From Anaerolineales bacterium (GTDB lineage: Bacteria; Chloroflexota; Anaerolineae; Anaerolineales; UBA11579): 64,000 nucleotides of DNA. Both the position numbers and the translations under genes were made by a program. The notes under the pieces were generated by a model. The model was not told where the DNA came from. It saw nothing but the letters and a program-made list of their open reading frames with translations, and ran no database searches. This document shows, piece by piece, positions 26,671 to 35,965 of this stretch (positions within the stretch are counted from its first letter, which is position 1; every line of letters starts with the position of its first letter). Location of the stretch: assembly GCA_019454165.1 (NCBI GenBank), contig CP075367.1, forward strand, positions 579,971 to 643,970. Direction: 5' to 3'.

Positions 26671-26974
26671 AGTCGTCAGATTTGGGTTTGGCGGCCGGTT
26701 TCTCGCTTTTGGTCTCGGCCGTGCTGGTGGTGGAGCTGGTGCTGGCCGGTTCCTTGGCCTTTTTGCCATTGGTGGGCGCGGGGCTGGCTGATTTGCGGCT
26801 TTTGTCGGTTACATAAAAGCCGGAACCCTTGAAGACCACGCCGGCGGCGCGGTAGACCTTGTGCAGCGTATGTTTGCGGCACTCTGGGCATACCTTGAGC
26901 GGGCTGTCTTCAAAACTTTGTTGGCGGTCAAATTCGTGGCCGCAGTTGTCGCAGCGATATGTATAGACAGGCAT
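26669..26974 (-). CDS. FmdB-family zinc-ribbon protein with Lys/Ser/Thr/Pro-rich tail
   Basis: MPVYTYRCDNCGHEFD...CPECRKH is the classic FmdB/CxxC-CxxC start. Confidence 0.8.
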   Translation of the reverse strand: MPVYTYRCDNCGHEFDRQQSFEDSPLKVCPECRKHTLHKVYRAAGVVFKGSGFYVTDKSRKSASPAPTNGKKAKEPASTSSTTSTAETKSEKPAAKPKSDD

Positions 26975-27040
26975 CTTATCTAAACCTTAACGGCGAGATT
27001 ATAGCCCCGCGCATAGGGCTTTGCAAGACAACAGCATGTC

Positions 27041-28765
27041 TTAGGGGTTGATGCGCTCTTGAGCTTGCTGACGCCACTCGGCGGGCATTGCGCTGGCGGG
27101 CAGGTTGAGCAGACTTTGCCAGTCTGCCAGGGCATTGTCGCGCTGGTTGAGCGCCTCGAGGGCGGTGGCGCGCCAGTAAAAAAGCTGGGCGCGCTGGCTG
27201 TCAGATTTCGCCAGCGGGGCGCCGGCATTGACCTCAAAGAAGGCGCTGCTGGGGTTGCCGGTGAGCAGCAGGGCGCGTGCCAGGTAGACGCGCGCCTCAA
27301 ACCAGTCGGCTGCGCCGCCCACCGCCACGCGGAAATCGCTGAGGGCGGCCTCGTTGTGCCCGGCTTCCAGCTGCTGGATGCCACGGTAGTAGGCCGCTGA
27401 AGGTAGGTTGGCGTCAAACTCGAGGGCGCGCTCGAACGCTTCGCGGGCGAAGGATTCGTTGCCGTTGAGCTGGTGCGCCAGGCCGAGCAGCTCCCAGCCG
27501 CGGCCGTCCTCGCCCTCAAAGCCCAAGTACATTTGCAAAGTCTGCACGGATGCGGAGTACAGGCCCAGGCCCTGCTGTGCGCTGGCAATGGTCAGGTAGC
27601 TGGGTAGCAAGGTCAGATCGATCTCCTGGGCGCGCAGGGCGGTTTGCAGCGCTTCTTCATATTCGCCGCGCACGAGATAGATCTGCGCTTTCTGGTTCAG
27701 CACCAGCGCGTTGTTGGGCGCGATGGCTTCGGCGGTTTGCACATCTTCCAGCGCACGGTTGGGGTTGGCGCGGCTGAGATTGTAGGCGGCGCGCTCTATA
27801 TAGCCTTCGATCAGGTTGGAGTCGAGCAGGATTGCAGTGTTGAGATCGGTGAGGATGCTGGCCGTGCTGGCATCCTGGGCGATCAGGGCGCGGGCGCGGC
27901 CCAGATAGCCATAGGCAAAGGAAGAATCGCTGGCGATGGCCTGCTCGAAGGCGGCCAGGGCCGCGGCGTTGTCGCCATTGTGCAGGCGGCTTTGGCCAAG
28001 GTAATAGGCCACATCTGCGGCCTGCGGGTTTTGCGCCAGATAGCTTTCGAACAAGCTGGCGGCCTCTGCCCAATCCTCGGCGTCATAAGCGGCCAACGCA
28101 TCGCGGAAGATGGCGCTGTCGGCGTGCGGGGTGGCCAGGTAGCGCGGGGTGGCGGTGTAGGTGGCCTGCAGCAATTCCTGCGGGTCACGCGGGGCGACCT
28201 GGATCTGGCGCGTGGGCGTGGGTTGCGGCGTTCCGCCGGCAACCTGGCTGCTGGTGGCCGCCGCCGGATCCGTAGGCGTGGCGGTGTTCACAAAGTTGGG
28301 GATGATGCCTTGCTGGGTGGCGAAAAAGATGGCAGCGATGAGCACGATGCCGCCAAGGAGCGTGCCAAAGATCCAACCGGCGGACCAAGCCTGGTCCGTA
28401 CGGCGTTTACGGCGCTTGCGCACCTTGGGTGCGGCGATCTCGCTGGTTTGCCATTCGCCCTGGTCCTCGGGCACAAAAGCGGGCACGCCAAGCTCAGGCA
28501 CATCGGCGCCGAGCAGCTCCAGATCATGGCGGGCGGCGCTGTTATCCGGGTCAAGGAAGAGCACATTGTGCAGACAATAGATGCGCTCCTGCCGCGATTC
28601 GACGACCGTACTCATCAATAGCCAGTACAGCGGCTCGCGATTGTCTGTGCGCAAGAGAGAGAGCAGCAACTCGCGTGCTCGTGCGGAATCCCCCTCCTGG
28701 CCGGCCAAGACGGCCTCTTGCAGCATCTGGTCCTTGGTGCGCGCCATTGCGCGTGAGTTTAGCAC
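27041..28765 (-). CDS. Tetratricopeptide-repeat protein with one TM segment
   Basis: TM WIFGTLLGGIVLIAAIFFA is followed by many A/L/Y-rich 34-aa repeat units (AYYLGQSRL..., AYGYLGRARAL...). Confidence 0.7.
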   Translation of the reverse strand: MLNSRAMARTKDQMLQEAVLAGQEGDSARARELLLSLLRTDNREPLYWLLMSTVVESRQERIYCLHNVLFLDPDNSAARHDLELLGADVPELGVPAFVPEDQGEWQTSEIAAPKVRKRRKRRTDQAWSAGWIFGTLLGGIVLIAAIFFATQQGIIPNFVNTATPTDPAAATSSQVAGGTPQPTPTRQIQVAPRDPQELLQATYTATPRYLATPHADSAIFRDALAAYDAEDWAEAASLFESYLAQNPQAADVAYYLGQSRLHNGDNAAALAAFEQAIASDSSFAYGYLGRARALIAQDASTASILTDLNTAILLDSNLIEGYIERAAYNLSRANPNRALEDVQTAEAIAPNNALVLNQKAQIYLVRGEYEEALQTALRAQEIDLTLLPSYLTIASAQQGLGLYSASVQTLQMYLGFEGEDGRGWELLGLAHQLNGNESFAREAFERALEFDANLPSAAYYRGIQQLEAGHNEAALSDFRVAVGGAADWFEARVYLARALLLTGNPSSAFFEVNAGAPLAKSDSQRAQLFYWRATALEALNQRDNALADWQSLLNLPASAMPAEWRQQAQERINP

Positions 28766-28795
28766 ACGGCCTCACGGCGGACAAGAAAGCCCGGT

Positions 28796-28804
28796 TGATA
28801 TAAT
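28796..28804 (+). promoter_or_regulatory. Extended -10 promoter element (TGATATAAT) 6 nt upstream of the GTG start, implying a leaderless transcript
   Basis: TGaTATAAT at 28796-28804, then TTTTTT, then GTG 28811. There is no SD sequence. Confidence 0.4.
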
Positions 28805-28810
28805 TTTTTT

Positions 28811-29731
28811 GTGCCACGCCCCCAACTTGTTGCCACTGGGCTGCTGATCGCAGCTCTTTTCACTGCCTGCACGGGGAGTGCAGGAGACAGCACTCCGCAG
28901 CCCTCTGCTGAGATCACGGAATACGCCCTGGCGACTGCCACGGCCACCCTGTCGGAAGCGGCTACGCCAGAGTTCGAGCTGCCCACGGCTACACCCTATC
29001 TGTATACGGTGGTGGAGAACGACACCTTGTTCGGTATCGCCGCACGTTTGAACATCACCCTGGAAGCGCTAATGGCCGCCAACCCGGGCATCAACCCGCA
29101 AGCCTTGTCGCCCGGGGCCCAACTGCTGGTGCCCAGCGGCGGCAGCGCCTCCACCACGCCTATGCCGCAACTGACCCCGGTGCCGGTCAGCGCCAGCCCG
29201 CCGGTGTGCTTCGCCAGTGCGGCTGGCGAGCTGACCTGCCTGGTGCTGATTGCGAATGATGGTGAACAGCCCATGGAGAACGTGACCGGCTTTGTGCGCT
29301 TGCTGAGTGCGAGCGGAGCGGAGTTGGCGATCATTGAAGCTGTACCGCCGCTTAACCTGCTGCCAGCCGGCGCGGCCATGCCGTTGGTGGCGTATGTGGC
29401 CAGCCCACCGCCCAACTGGGCCAGCGCCCAGGCCGAGATCGCTTCTGCGTTTTGGGTGCAAAGCGACGATAGCTTATATACCCCGATCGACAGCGTGGAG
29501 TTTGGCTGGAGCGCGACACAGAATCAGAGCGCAGCTCGCGTGCAGGGCCAAGTGAGTTTGACGGGCTCAGCCAGCAGCGTATGGGTGATGGCCGTGGCGT
29601 ATGACGCCGCCGGCCAGCCGGTTGGCGTGCGGCGTTGGGAAAGTGAAGGCGAGACTGGCTTTGACTTTTGGGTGTACAGCCTGGGCGCGGATATTGCCGA
29701 TGTACAGGTAGTGGTGGAAGCCCGGCCTTAG
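28811..29731 (+). CDS. LysM domain lipoprotein
   Basis: Lipobox-like LIAALFTAC. LysM motif YTVVENDTLFGIAARLNITLEALMAANPG. Confidence 0.75.
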   Translation: MPRPQLVATGLLIAALFTACTGSAGDSTPQPSAEITEYALATATATLSEAATPEFELPTATPYLYTVVENDTLFGIAARLNITLEALMAANPGINPQALSPGAQLLVPSGGSASTTPMPQLTPVPVSASPPVCFASAAGELTCLVLIANDGEQPMENVTGFVRLLSASGAELAIIEAVPPLNLLPAGAAMPLVAYVASPPPNWASAQAEIASAFWVQSDDSLYTPIDSVEFGWSATQNQSAARVQGQVSLTGSASSVWVMAVAYDAAGQPVGVRRWESEGETGFDFWVYSLGADIADVQVVVEARP

Positions 29732-30946
29732 TTACGGCCCGCCAAACGGGCCGGAAATGATGCGCAGCGGGATGGGGGTGAATACCAGCAAAATGACCAG
29801 AATGCCAAACAGCGCCAGCAGCTTGCGGCCCGTATCCAACGGAGTGATCTCGTCTTGCGGAACGGCGTTGGTGCGGCCCATGAACAAGATCAGGAAGACC
29901 CAGATCCACCAGCCAGAGTAGACGAAACCCAACGCAGCCAGACCGGCCACAATGAAGGGCCATAAGGCGCGGACCCGCTTGCCCAGTAGCGCGTAGAGGA
30001 TGTGCCCGCCATCCAGCTGCCCGGCCGGCACCAGGTTGAGCGAGGTGACCAGCAGGCCAGCCCAGCCAGCCCAGGCGACCGGATGCAGGAACACATCTGC
30101 CCCGCCCAAGGGCGTGGGCTGGCCGGTGAAGATGTAGCGCAGCCAGTACAGCACAGGGTGCAGGCCGCCGTAGGTATCCGGCGCCGGCAGCCATTGGCCG
30201 AACACCAGATACTTCGAGAGCAGGTACAGGATGGAGTTGCCCTCCAGGCTGATGGCGTCGCCGGCGGGAATGAACGCGGGCAACTGGTCGAGCTCGGAGA
30301 GGCGCAAGCCGATCAGCAGCACAGGGATGGCAACGGCCAAACCGGCCAGCGGGCCGGCAATGCCGATATCGAACAGCACTTTTTTGTTGCGCGGCTGCTC
30401 TTTGAGTTGAATGAAGGCGCCTAGCGTGCCAAAGGGGCTGAAGGGTGCGGGCAGCGGCAGGAAGTAAGGCAGGGTCACCTCGGTGCCGTGGTAGCGGGCG
30501 GCCAGGTAGTGCCCAAACTCATGAGCCAGCAAAATACTGAGCAGCGCGGCCGCGTAGGGCAAGCCGCTGGGCAAGATCGATAGCCACTCATTGAGCGAGG
30601 CTGGCGTGGAGTCGCCCAGCTCGTACAGCGCGCCGGTGAAGACCACGCTGGCCACGGTGAGCAGGAAGACGGCCAGGTTGCCCCAGGGGTTTGAGCGTTT
30701 GGGGCGGGCGGGGGCGCGCACTAACACGATCTCGTGTTGGCCTTGTTCTTCGCGTAAAAACACATTCAGCTTTTGGGCCTTGAGCGCGGCGCTCAGCTCG
30801 CGGTGGGCGCGTTCGGACGGGATGCGCAGCTTGCCGGTGTAGCGCATGGTGTAGGGCAGCTTGCCGCCGCCCTGGGTCACCTGCTCAATATCAAGATAGC
30901 GCGCAACCAGCGGGGTAACGGTGTCAGTGTTGTGTTGTTCGCTCAT
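29732..30946 (-). CDS. Site-2 protease (M50) family membrane metalloprotease
   Basis: HEFGHYLAARYHG (HExxH) in a polytopic membrane protein. Confidence 0.8.
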   Translation of the reverse strand: MSEQHNTDTVTPLVARYLDIEQVTQGGGKLPYTMRYTGKLRIPSERAHRELSAALKAQKLNVFLREEQGQHEIVLVRAPARPKRSNPWGNLAVFLLTVASVVFTGALYELGDSTPASLNEWLSILPSGLPYAAALLSILLAHEFGHYLAARYHGTEVTLPYFLPLPAPFSPFGTLGAFIQLKEQPRNKKVLFDIGIAGPLAGLAVAIPVLLIGLRLSELDQLPAFIPAGDAISLEGNSILYLLSKYLVFGQWLPAPDTYGGLHPVLYWLRYIFTGQPTPLGGADVFLHPVAWAGWAGLLVTSLNLVPAGQLDGGHILYALLGKRVRALWPFIVAGLAALGFVYSGWWIWVFLILFMGRTNAVPQDEITPLDTGRKLLALFGILVILLVFTPIPLRIISGPFGGP

Positions 30947-30953
30947 ATTGGTT

Positions 30954-31781
30954 TTAGAAGAGTAGCGAAGCCAGCTCTTTGCGGTAGGTTTGGGCTTTGG
31001 GGCTTTGCTCGCCCAGCAGGTTCAGGATGCCTAACGCGCAGCGGTGCGCCAGCCCTTTGGCATAGCGCTTATCCTGGCGCAGGAGTTCCAGCAGGCCATC
31101 GAGGGCGGCTTCCAACTGGCCGCGGCCGACCAGGCGCAGGCTGTTGGCGAATAGTGCGCTGAGCTCGTCTTCGGCCAGGCTGCTGTTGGCGTCATCGGCC
31201 ATCGCCTGCGCCAGCGGGATCAACTGCTCGGCCTGGCCGTACAGTTTGCTGACTGGGAAGTTGCGCAAGATCGGCAACGCGCCGGCAAAGTCGCCTTGGG
31301 CGAGCAGGCTCTTGGCCAGGCCAAGCAGACCAGCGGGGTGGTCAGGGTTATTGTCCAGGATCAGGCGGAAGGCTTCCTCGGCCGCGGCCCAGTCCTCCTG
31401 CGCCAGCAGATGCTCGGCGCGGCCCGCCTCCAGGTCATAGGTGGTGGGGCCGAGGGCTTGCAGGAACTCGCGCACCTTGGCTTCAGGCTGAATGCCGTTG
31501 AACTCGGCGACCAGCTGGCCGTTGCGGAAGGCTTTGACGGCGGGAATGTTCTTGACGCCCAGCTGGGCCGCCAGGCGCGGGTTGGCGTCAACGTCCAGCT
31601 TGGCCAGGCGGAAGGCGCCGCCGGCTTCCTCGGCCAGATGCTCCAGAATGCGGTCGAGCCCGCGGCAGGGGATGCACCACTCGGCCCAGAAATCCACTAC
31701 AACCGGCTGCTGGGTGGAATGCTGCAGCACCTGGGAGTGAAAGTCAGCTTCGTTGATATGGACGATGTGTTGGGAGGCCAT
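30954..31781 (-). CDS. Thioredoxin-domain protein with C-terminal TPR-like region (YbbN-like)
   Basis: VVVDFWAEWCIPCR thioredoxin CxxC motif with a helical repeat tail. Confidence 0.8.
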   Translation of the reverse strand: MASQHIVHINEADFHSQVLQHSTQQPVVVDFWAEWCIPCRGLDRILEHLAEEAGGAFRLAKLDVDANPRLAAQLGVKNIPAVKAFRNGQLVAEFNGIQPEAKVREFLQALGPTTYDLEAGRAEHLLAQEDWAAAEEAFRLILDNNPDHPAGLLGLAKSLLAQGDFAGALPILRNFPVSKLYGQAEQLIPLAQAMADDANSSLAEDELSALFANSLRLVGRGQLEAALDGLLELLRQDKRYAKGLAHRCALGILNLLGEQSPKAQTYRKELASLLF

Positions 31782-31853
31782 AGGGATTAGATGGGTTGTA
31801 TCCTACCAAAATTCCCTCAGAGGATTCTTAAATCGGGCCAGCGGCTTGCTGAT

Positions 31854-31883
31854 TTGACATGCCTCTGGGCGGCGTGCTAATAT
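31854..31883 (+). promoter_or_regulatory. Sigma70-like promoter (TTGACA-18 nt-TAATAT)
   Basis: TTGACA at 31854-31859 and TAATAT at 31878-31883. The next annotated start codon is about 200 nt downstream at 32088. Confidence 0.4.
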
Positions 31884-32087
31884 ACATAGGCTGTTTCATA
31901 TTTCTTTTTTTCGCACTTATTTTGCCTCGGGCCTGACCCTGGCCGGCATCTGCACTCATTTGGTTTCACCGAAACAGCACATGAGCAACAGTAACTGAAC
32001 AACCGCCGGCGGCTGAGTTTTTTGCCTTGGGTTTGGCATGAGCGCTCCTGGGAGCGCTGTTTGCGTTAGGCAAGGAACTGGAGCTGA

Positions 32088-33179
32088 ATGAGCATTAGTT
32101 TTCTTCTGCGTTTGGTCGGCATGCTGGCGTTCGGCGCATTGGGTGTGTATGGCGGTGTGGAATTCGCCAACCTCTCGGGCGAGGACCCTCAGCAGTTTGC
32201 ACGCATCTTTGGCCTGGTGGGGGCGCTGGTGGGCCTGGTGCTTACTCCCTATCTCACTGTACATCCCTTCCGGGCTTTGCGCCGCATGCTGGCGCAGATC
32301 TCCTCGCGGGCCTTGCTGGCCGGTTTGTTTGGCCTGGTCATCAGCCTGGTGATCGCCGGCCTGCTGGCGTTCCCGCTGTCACTGCTGCCGCGGCCGTTTA
32401 GCCAGATCCTGCCGCTGATCTTTGCAGTGCTGATCAGCTACTTCGGCGTCACCGTCTTTATTTCGCGGCAGAACGACATCCTGTCTTTCCTCAACCTTCC
32501 CAACCGCGGCGCCACGCCTGAGGGGCGTACGCGCAGTGGCAGCGAGAATGGCACCAGCATCCTGATGGATACGAGCGTGATCATTGACGGCCGCATTGTG
32601 GATATTGCCCGCACCGGCTTTGTGCCTGGCGCGCTGCTGATCCCGCGCTTCGTGCTGAACGAGCTGCAGCACATCGCCGACTCGGGCGATAAGCTGCGCC
32701 GCCAGCGCGGCCGCCGCGGCCTGGAAGTGGTGGCCAATTTGCAAAAGGACGCCAAGCTGGGCGTGCGCATCAGCGATGTAGATGTAGAAGGCACGCGCAA
32801 CGTGGATGACAAGCTGGTGATCCTGGCGCGCCAAATGCACGCCCCCGTGCTGACCAATGACTTCAACCTCAACCGTGTGGCTGAGCTGCAAGGTGTGACG
32901 ATCCTCAACATCAATGAGCTGGCCAACGCGGTCAAGACCATCTTCCTGCCCGGCGAAGAGCTGGCGGTCAAGGTGATCCAAACCGGCCGTGAGCCGCGCC
33001 AAGGCGTTGGCTATCTGGACGATGGCACCATGGTGGTGATCCAGGATGGCAGCGACTACATCGGCCAGACGGTGCAGGCCTCCGTGACTAAGGTGCTGCA
33101 GACCGCGGCCGGCCGCATGGTGTTTGCCAAGCCAGAGAATGGGCGTACCCGCCGCAACAATAAACCCGCACGAAGCTAA
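32088..33179 (+). CDS. Membrane-anchored PIN/TRAM domain protein (YacL-like)
   Basis: N-terminal TM helices, PIN core ILMDTSVIIDGRIVDI...VLNELQHIADSGD, and a C-terminal TRAM-like GYLDDGTMVVIQDG. Confidence 0.75.
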   Translation: MSISFLLRLVGMLAFGALGVYGGVEFANLSGEDPQQFARIFGLVGALVGLVLTPYLTVHPFRALRRMLAQISSRALLAGLFGLVISLVIAGLLAFPLSLLPRPFSQILPLIFAVLISYFGVTVFISRQNDILSFLNLPNRGATPEGRTRSGSENGTSILMDTSVIIDGRIVDIARTGFVPGALLIPRFVLNELQHIADSGDKLRRQRGRRGLEVVANLQKDAKLGVRISDVDVEGTRNVDDKLVILARQMHAPVLTNDFNLNRVAELQGVTILNINELANAVKTIFLPGEELAVKVIQTGREPRQGVGYLDDGTMVVIQDGSDYIGQTVQASVTKVLQTAAGRMVFAKPENGRTRRNNKPARS

Positions 33180-33182
33180 GCC

Positions 33183-34673
33183 ATGACCCTACGCATCTAC
33201 AACACACTCACTCGTCAGAACGAAGCGTTCGAACCCCTGCAAGCGGGCCAGGTCAGCATGTATGTGTGCGGGCCGACCGTGTATGCCAACGCCCACATCG
33301 GGCACGCCATGTCCAGCCTGGTGTTCGATATTGTGCGCCGCTACCTCGAGTACCGCGGCTACAAAGTGCGCCATGCGATGAACTACACGGACGTGGACGA
33401 CAAGATCATCGTGCGCGCCAATGACGCCGGCGAAGAGCCGTTGCATCTGGCCGAGCGTTACATCGAGCAGTACGCGCAGCACCTGCGCGAGCTCAACGTG
33501 CTGCCAGCCACCGTGTACCCGCGTGCCACCGAAGAGATCCCGGCCATCATCGAGATGGTGAGCGGGCTGATCGAGTCCGGGCATGCGTATGCGGCCGAAG
33601 GCGATGTGTATTACCGGGTGGAGAGCGACGATGACTACGGCAAACTCTCGCACCGCAAGCTGGAAGACATGAACGCCGGCGCTCGCATCAATGTGGACGA
33701 GCGCAAAGAGCACCCCATGGACTTCGCGCTGTGGAAGGCGGCCAAGCCCGGCGAACCGGCCTGGGACAGCCCGTGGGGGCCGGGTCGCCCTGGCTGGCAT
33801 ATTGAGTGCTCGGCCATGGTGTTTCGCCACCTGGGCGAGCAGATCGATATTCACGGCGGCGGCAACGACCTAATCTTTCCGCATCACGAGAACGAGATCG
33901 CTCAGAGCGAAAGCCTGAGCGGCAAACCCTTTGCGCGTTACTGGATGCACAACGGCATGATGCAGCTTTCAGGCGAGAAGATGTCGAAATCGCTCGGCAA
34001 CCTCATCACCATCACTGACTTTGTGTCCAGTCATGAGCCGGATGTGCTGCGCATGATGATCCTGAACACCAGCTACCGCCGCCCGCTAACCTACAGCGAC
34101 GAAGTGGTGGAGGCCGCCGGCCGCGGGCTGGAGCGTCTGCGCAGCGGGCTCAACCCGGCGCTGCCGGGCGCCAGCGGCGCGGTCGCCGATGTGCTCGGCG
34201 GCCTGCAGGCGGAGGCCGACGCCGCGGCGGGCAAATTCACCGCGGCGATGGACGATGACTTCAATTCCGCCGCGGCGCTGGCCGTGCTGTTCGACCTGGT
34301 GCGCCTGGTCAACCAGACGCGTGACGCGGGCGCCACGGACGCCGAGCTCAAGCCTGCCCAGGATGCGCTGCGCGAGCTGAGCGGCGTACTGGGCTTGCGC
34401 CTCGAGCGCGCTCAGAAGGATGCGGACGCGGCGCCGTTCGCTGAGTTGGCAGCCAGCTTGCAGGCCGATATCAGCGACGCGGCCATCGCGGCTGCGCTCG
34501 GCGCGGCGGCGGGCAAGGATGCTGGCGGCATCATCGCCGCCTTGTTGGACGCGCGCGTACAGCTGCGCGCGCAGAAGCAGTGGCAGCTGTCCGACACCAT
34601 CCGTGACCGCCTGGCCGGCCTGGGTGTGGTCGTCGAAGACAGCGCCGGCGGCTCGTCCTGGCGCTGGAGCTAG
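33183..34673 (+). CDS. cysS: Cysteine--tRNA ligase
   Basis: HIGH-type [17 protein letters not shown], and zinc-site context HIECSAM. Confidence 0.9.
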   Translation: MTLRIYNTLTRQNEAFEPLQAGQVSMYVCGPTVYANAHIGHAMSSLVFDIVRRYLEYRGYKVRHAMNYTDVDDKIIVRANDAGEEPLHLAERYIEQYAQHLRELNVLPATVYPRATEEIPAIIEMVSGLIESGHAYAAEGDVYYRVESDDDYGKLSHRKLEDMNAGARINVDERKEHPMDFALWKAAKPGEPAWDSPWGPGRPGWHIECSAMVFRHLGEQIDIHGGGNDLIFPHHENEIAQSESLSGKPFARYWMHNGMMQLSGEKMSKSLGNLITITDFVSSHEPDVLRMMILNTSYRRPLTYSDEVVEAAGRGLERLRSGLNPALPGASGAVADVLGGLQAEADAAAGKFTAAMDDDFNSAAALAVLFDLVRLVNQTRDAGATDAELKPAQDALRELSGVLGLRLERAQKDADAAPFAELAASLQADISDAAIAAALGAAAGKDAGGIIAALLDARVQLRAQKQWQLSDTIRDRLAGLGVVVEDSAGGSSWRWS

Positions 34674-34674
34674 T

Positions 34675-35418
34675 GTGAAAGAGTGGGTATACGGCCGCAA
34701 CGCAGTCTATGAGACGCTGCGGGCTGGCCGCCGGCGCCTGTTCAGCCTGAAGATCGCCGAGGGGGTGCAGCCCAGCCCGCGCCTGCAAGAGATCCAGCGT
34801 TTGGCGCGGGCAGCCAAGCTGCAAGTGCAGCAGGTGCGCCGCGGTGAGCTGGATGGGTACATCGAAGGTCATCATCAGGGGGTTGCGCTGCAGGCAGAGG
34901 AATACCCGTACGCTCACATGGGCCAGTTGTTGGAGAGGGCAAAAACCTCTGGGCAGCCGGCCTTTTTCCTTATTTTGGATACTTTGCAGGACCCGCAAAA
35001 CTTTGGCAGCCTGCTGCGTACGGCAGAGGCGGTGGGCGTGCATGGGGTCATCATTCCGCAGCGGCGCACCGCCACTGTGACGCCAGCCGTGGTCAACGCC
35101 TCGTCTGGGGCGTGTGAGCACCTGCTCATCGCGCAGCACAACCTTGCCCAAGCCATCGAGGAGCTCAAGCGCGAGCAGGTGTGGGTGATCGGGCTGGATG
35201 GCGGCCCGCAGGCCCAGCCCCTGGGCCGCCTGAAGCTCGATATGCCAATTGCCCTGGTGGTGGGCAGCGAGGGCGAAGGGATGCGCCGCTTGGTGCGCGA
35301 ATCGTGCGATGCGCTGCTGCGCCTGCCGATGAGCGGCCAGGTCGAGTCGCTCAACGCGGCCGTGGCCGGCTCGGTGGCCCTCTACATGGTATGGCAGGCC
35401 CGCGGGTTTGCCGCCTGA
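34675..35418 (+). CDS. rlmB: 23S rRNA 2'-O-ribose methyltransferase, SpoU/TrmH family (RlmB-like)
   Basis: GTG 34675 lies 1 nt after the cysS TAG. Motifs YGRNAVYETL, LDTLQDPQNFGSLLRTAEAVG, VVGSEGEGMR and LNAAVAGSVALY. Confidence 0.8.
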   Translation: MKEWVYGRNAVYETLRAGRRRLFSLKIAEGVQPSPRLQEIQRLARAAKLQVQQVRRGELDGYIEGHHQGVALQAEEYPYAHMGQLLERAKTSGQPAFFLILDTLQDPQNFGSLLRTAEAVGVHGVIIPQRRTATVTPAVVNASSGACEHLLIAQHNLAQAIEELKREQVWVIGLDGGPQAQPLGRLKLDMPIALVVGSEGEGMRRLVRESCDALLRLPMSGQVESLNAAVAGSVALYMVWQARGFAA

Positions 35419-35443
35419 TTTGGCGGCCACCTCCTCGTAGGCA

Positions 35444-35472
35444 TTGACTCTCCTAGCCAATACGGATAAACT
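35444..35472 (+). promoter_or_regulatory. Sigma70-like promoter (TTGACT-17 nt-TAAACT) upstream of the tRNA-tuf cluster
   Basis: TTGACT at 35444-35449 and TAAACT at 35467-35472, about 95 nt upstream of the first tRNA. Confidence 0.4.
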
Positions 35473-35565
35473 TAGCCCCTTGCCAAGCACTCTCGGCAGC
35501 AAGAGGGTCCCCTTGGTAAGCTCTGCGCGCCTGCGCGCGAGCCAGTTTAACAAAACGAATATCAC

Positions 35566-35637
35566 GCCGACGTAGCTCAACGGCAGAGCAACCGCCTTGT
35601 AAGCGGTAGGTTATGGGTTCGATTCCCGTCGTCGGCT
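35566..35637 (+). tRNA. tRNA-Thr (anticodon TGT)
   Basis: Hand-folded cloverleaf: acceptor GCCGACG/CGTCGGC, D stem GCTC/GAGC, anticodon stem ACCGC/GCGGT with loop CTTGTAA, and T arm ATGGG-TTCGATT-CCCGT. 72 nt, no encoded CCA. Confidence 0.9.
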
Positions 35638-35690
35638 TCCGTGCAACGCAAGCCTATGGCAATGCGATGTGCATGCGTTGCACGGAACAT

Positions 35691-35773
35691 GGGCAGATAC
35701 CCAAGTGGCCAACGGGGTCTGACTGTAAATCAGATGGCGTACGCCTTCGGGGGTTCGAATCCCTCTCTGCCCA
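35691..35773 (+). tRNA. tRNA-Tyr (anticodon GTA), long variable arm
   Basis: Acceptor GGGCAGA/TCTGCCC, anticodon stem TCTGA/TCAGA with loop CTGTAAA, variable arm TGGCGTACGCCTTC, and T loop TTCGAAT. Confidence 0.9.
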
Positions 35774-35845
35774 CTTTGAGTTGCTGGCTGCAGCGCGTAG
35801 AGAATGCGAAGCATTCTCTCTAGCGAGCGGCGAAGCCGCTCGCTA

Positions 35846-35917
35846 GCCCTCATAGCTCAGTGGTAGAGCGCATTCTTGGTAAGAATGAGGTCATGGGTTC
35901 AATCCCCATTGAGGGCT
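35846..35917 (+). tRNA. tRNA-Thr (anticodon GGT)
   Basis: Acceptor GCCCTCA/TGAGGGC, D stem GCTC/GAGC, anticodon stem CATTC/GAATG with loop TTGGTAA, and T arm ATGGG-TTCAATC-CCCAT. Confidence 0.9.
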
Positions 35918-35965
35918 CTGGTAGTAAAGAAATAATTGAAGGTTAGGTAATTAAGGAGAAAGTAA

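Noticed and set aside
27644-28621. 325-aa plus-strand ORF inside the TPR gene; also 37774-38751 opposite nusG, 2613-3545 opposite the DUF499 gene, and 5849-6547 opposite the DUF1156 gene
   Set aside because: All are antisense to better-supported genes and show no recognisable domains.
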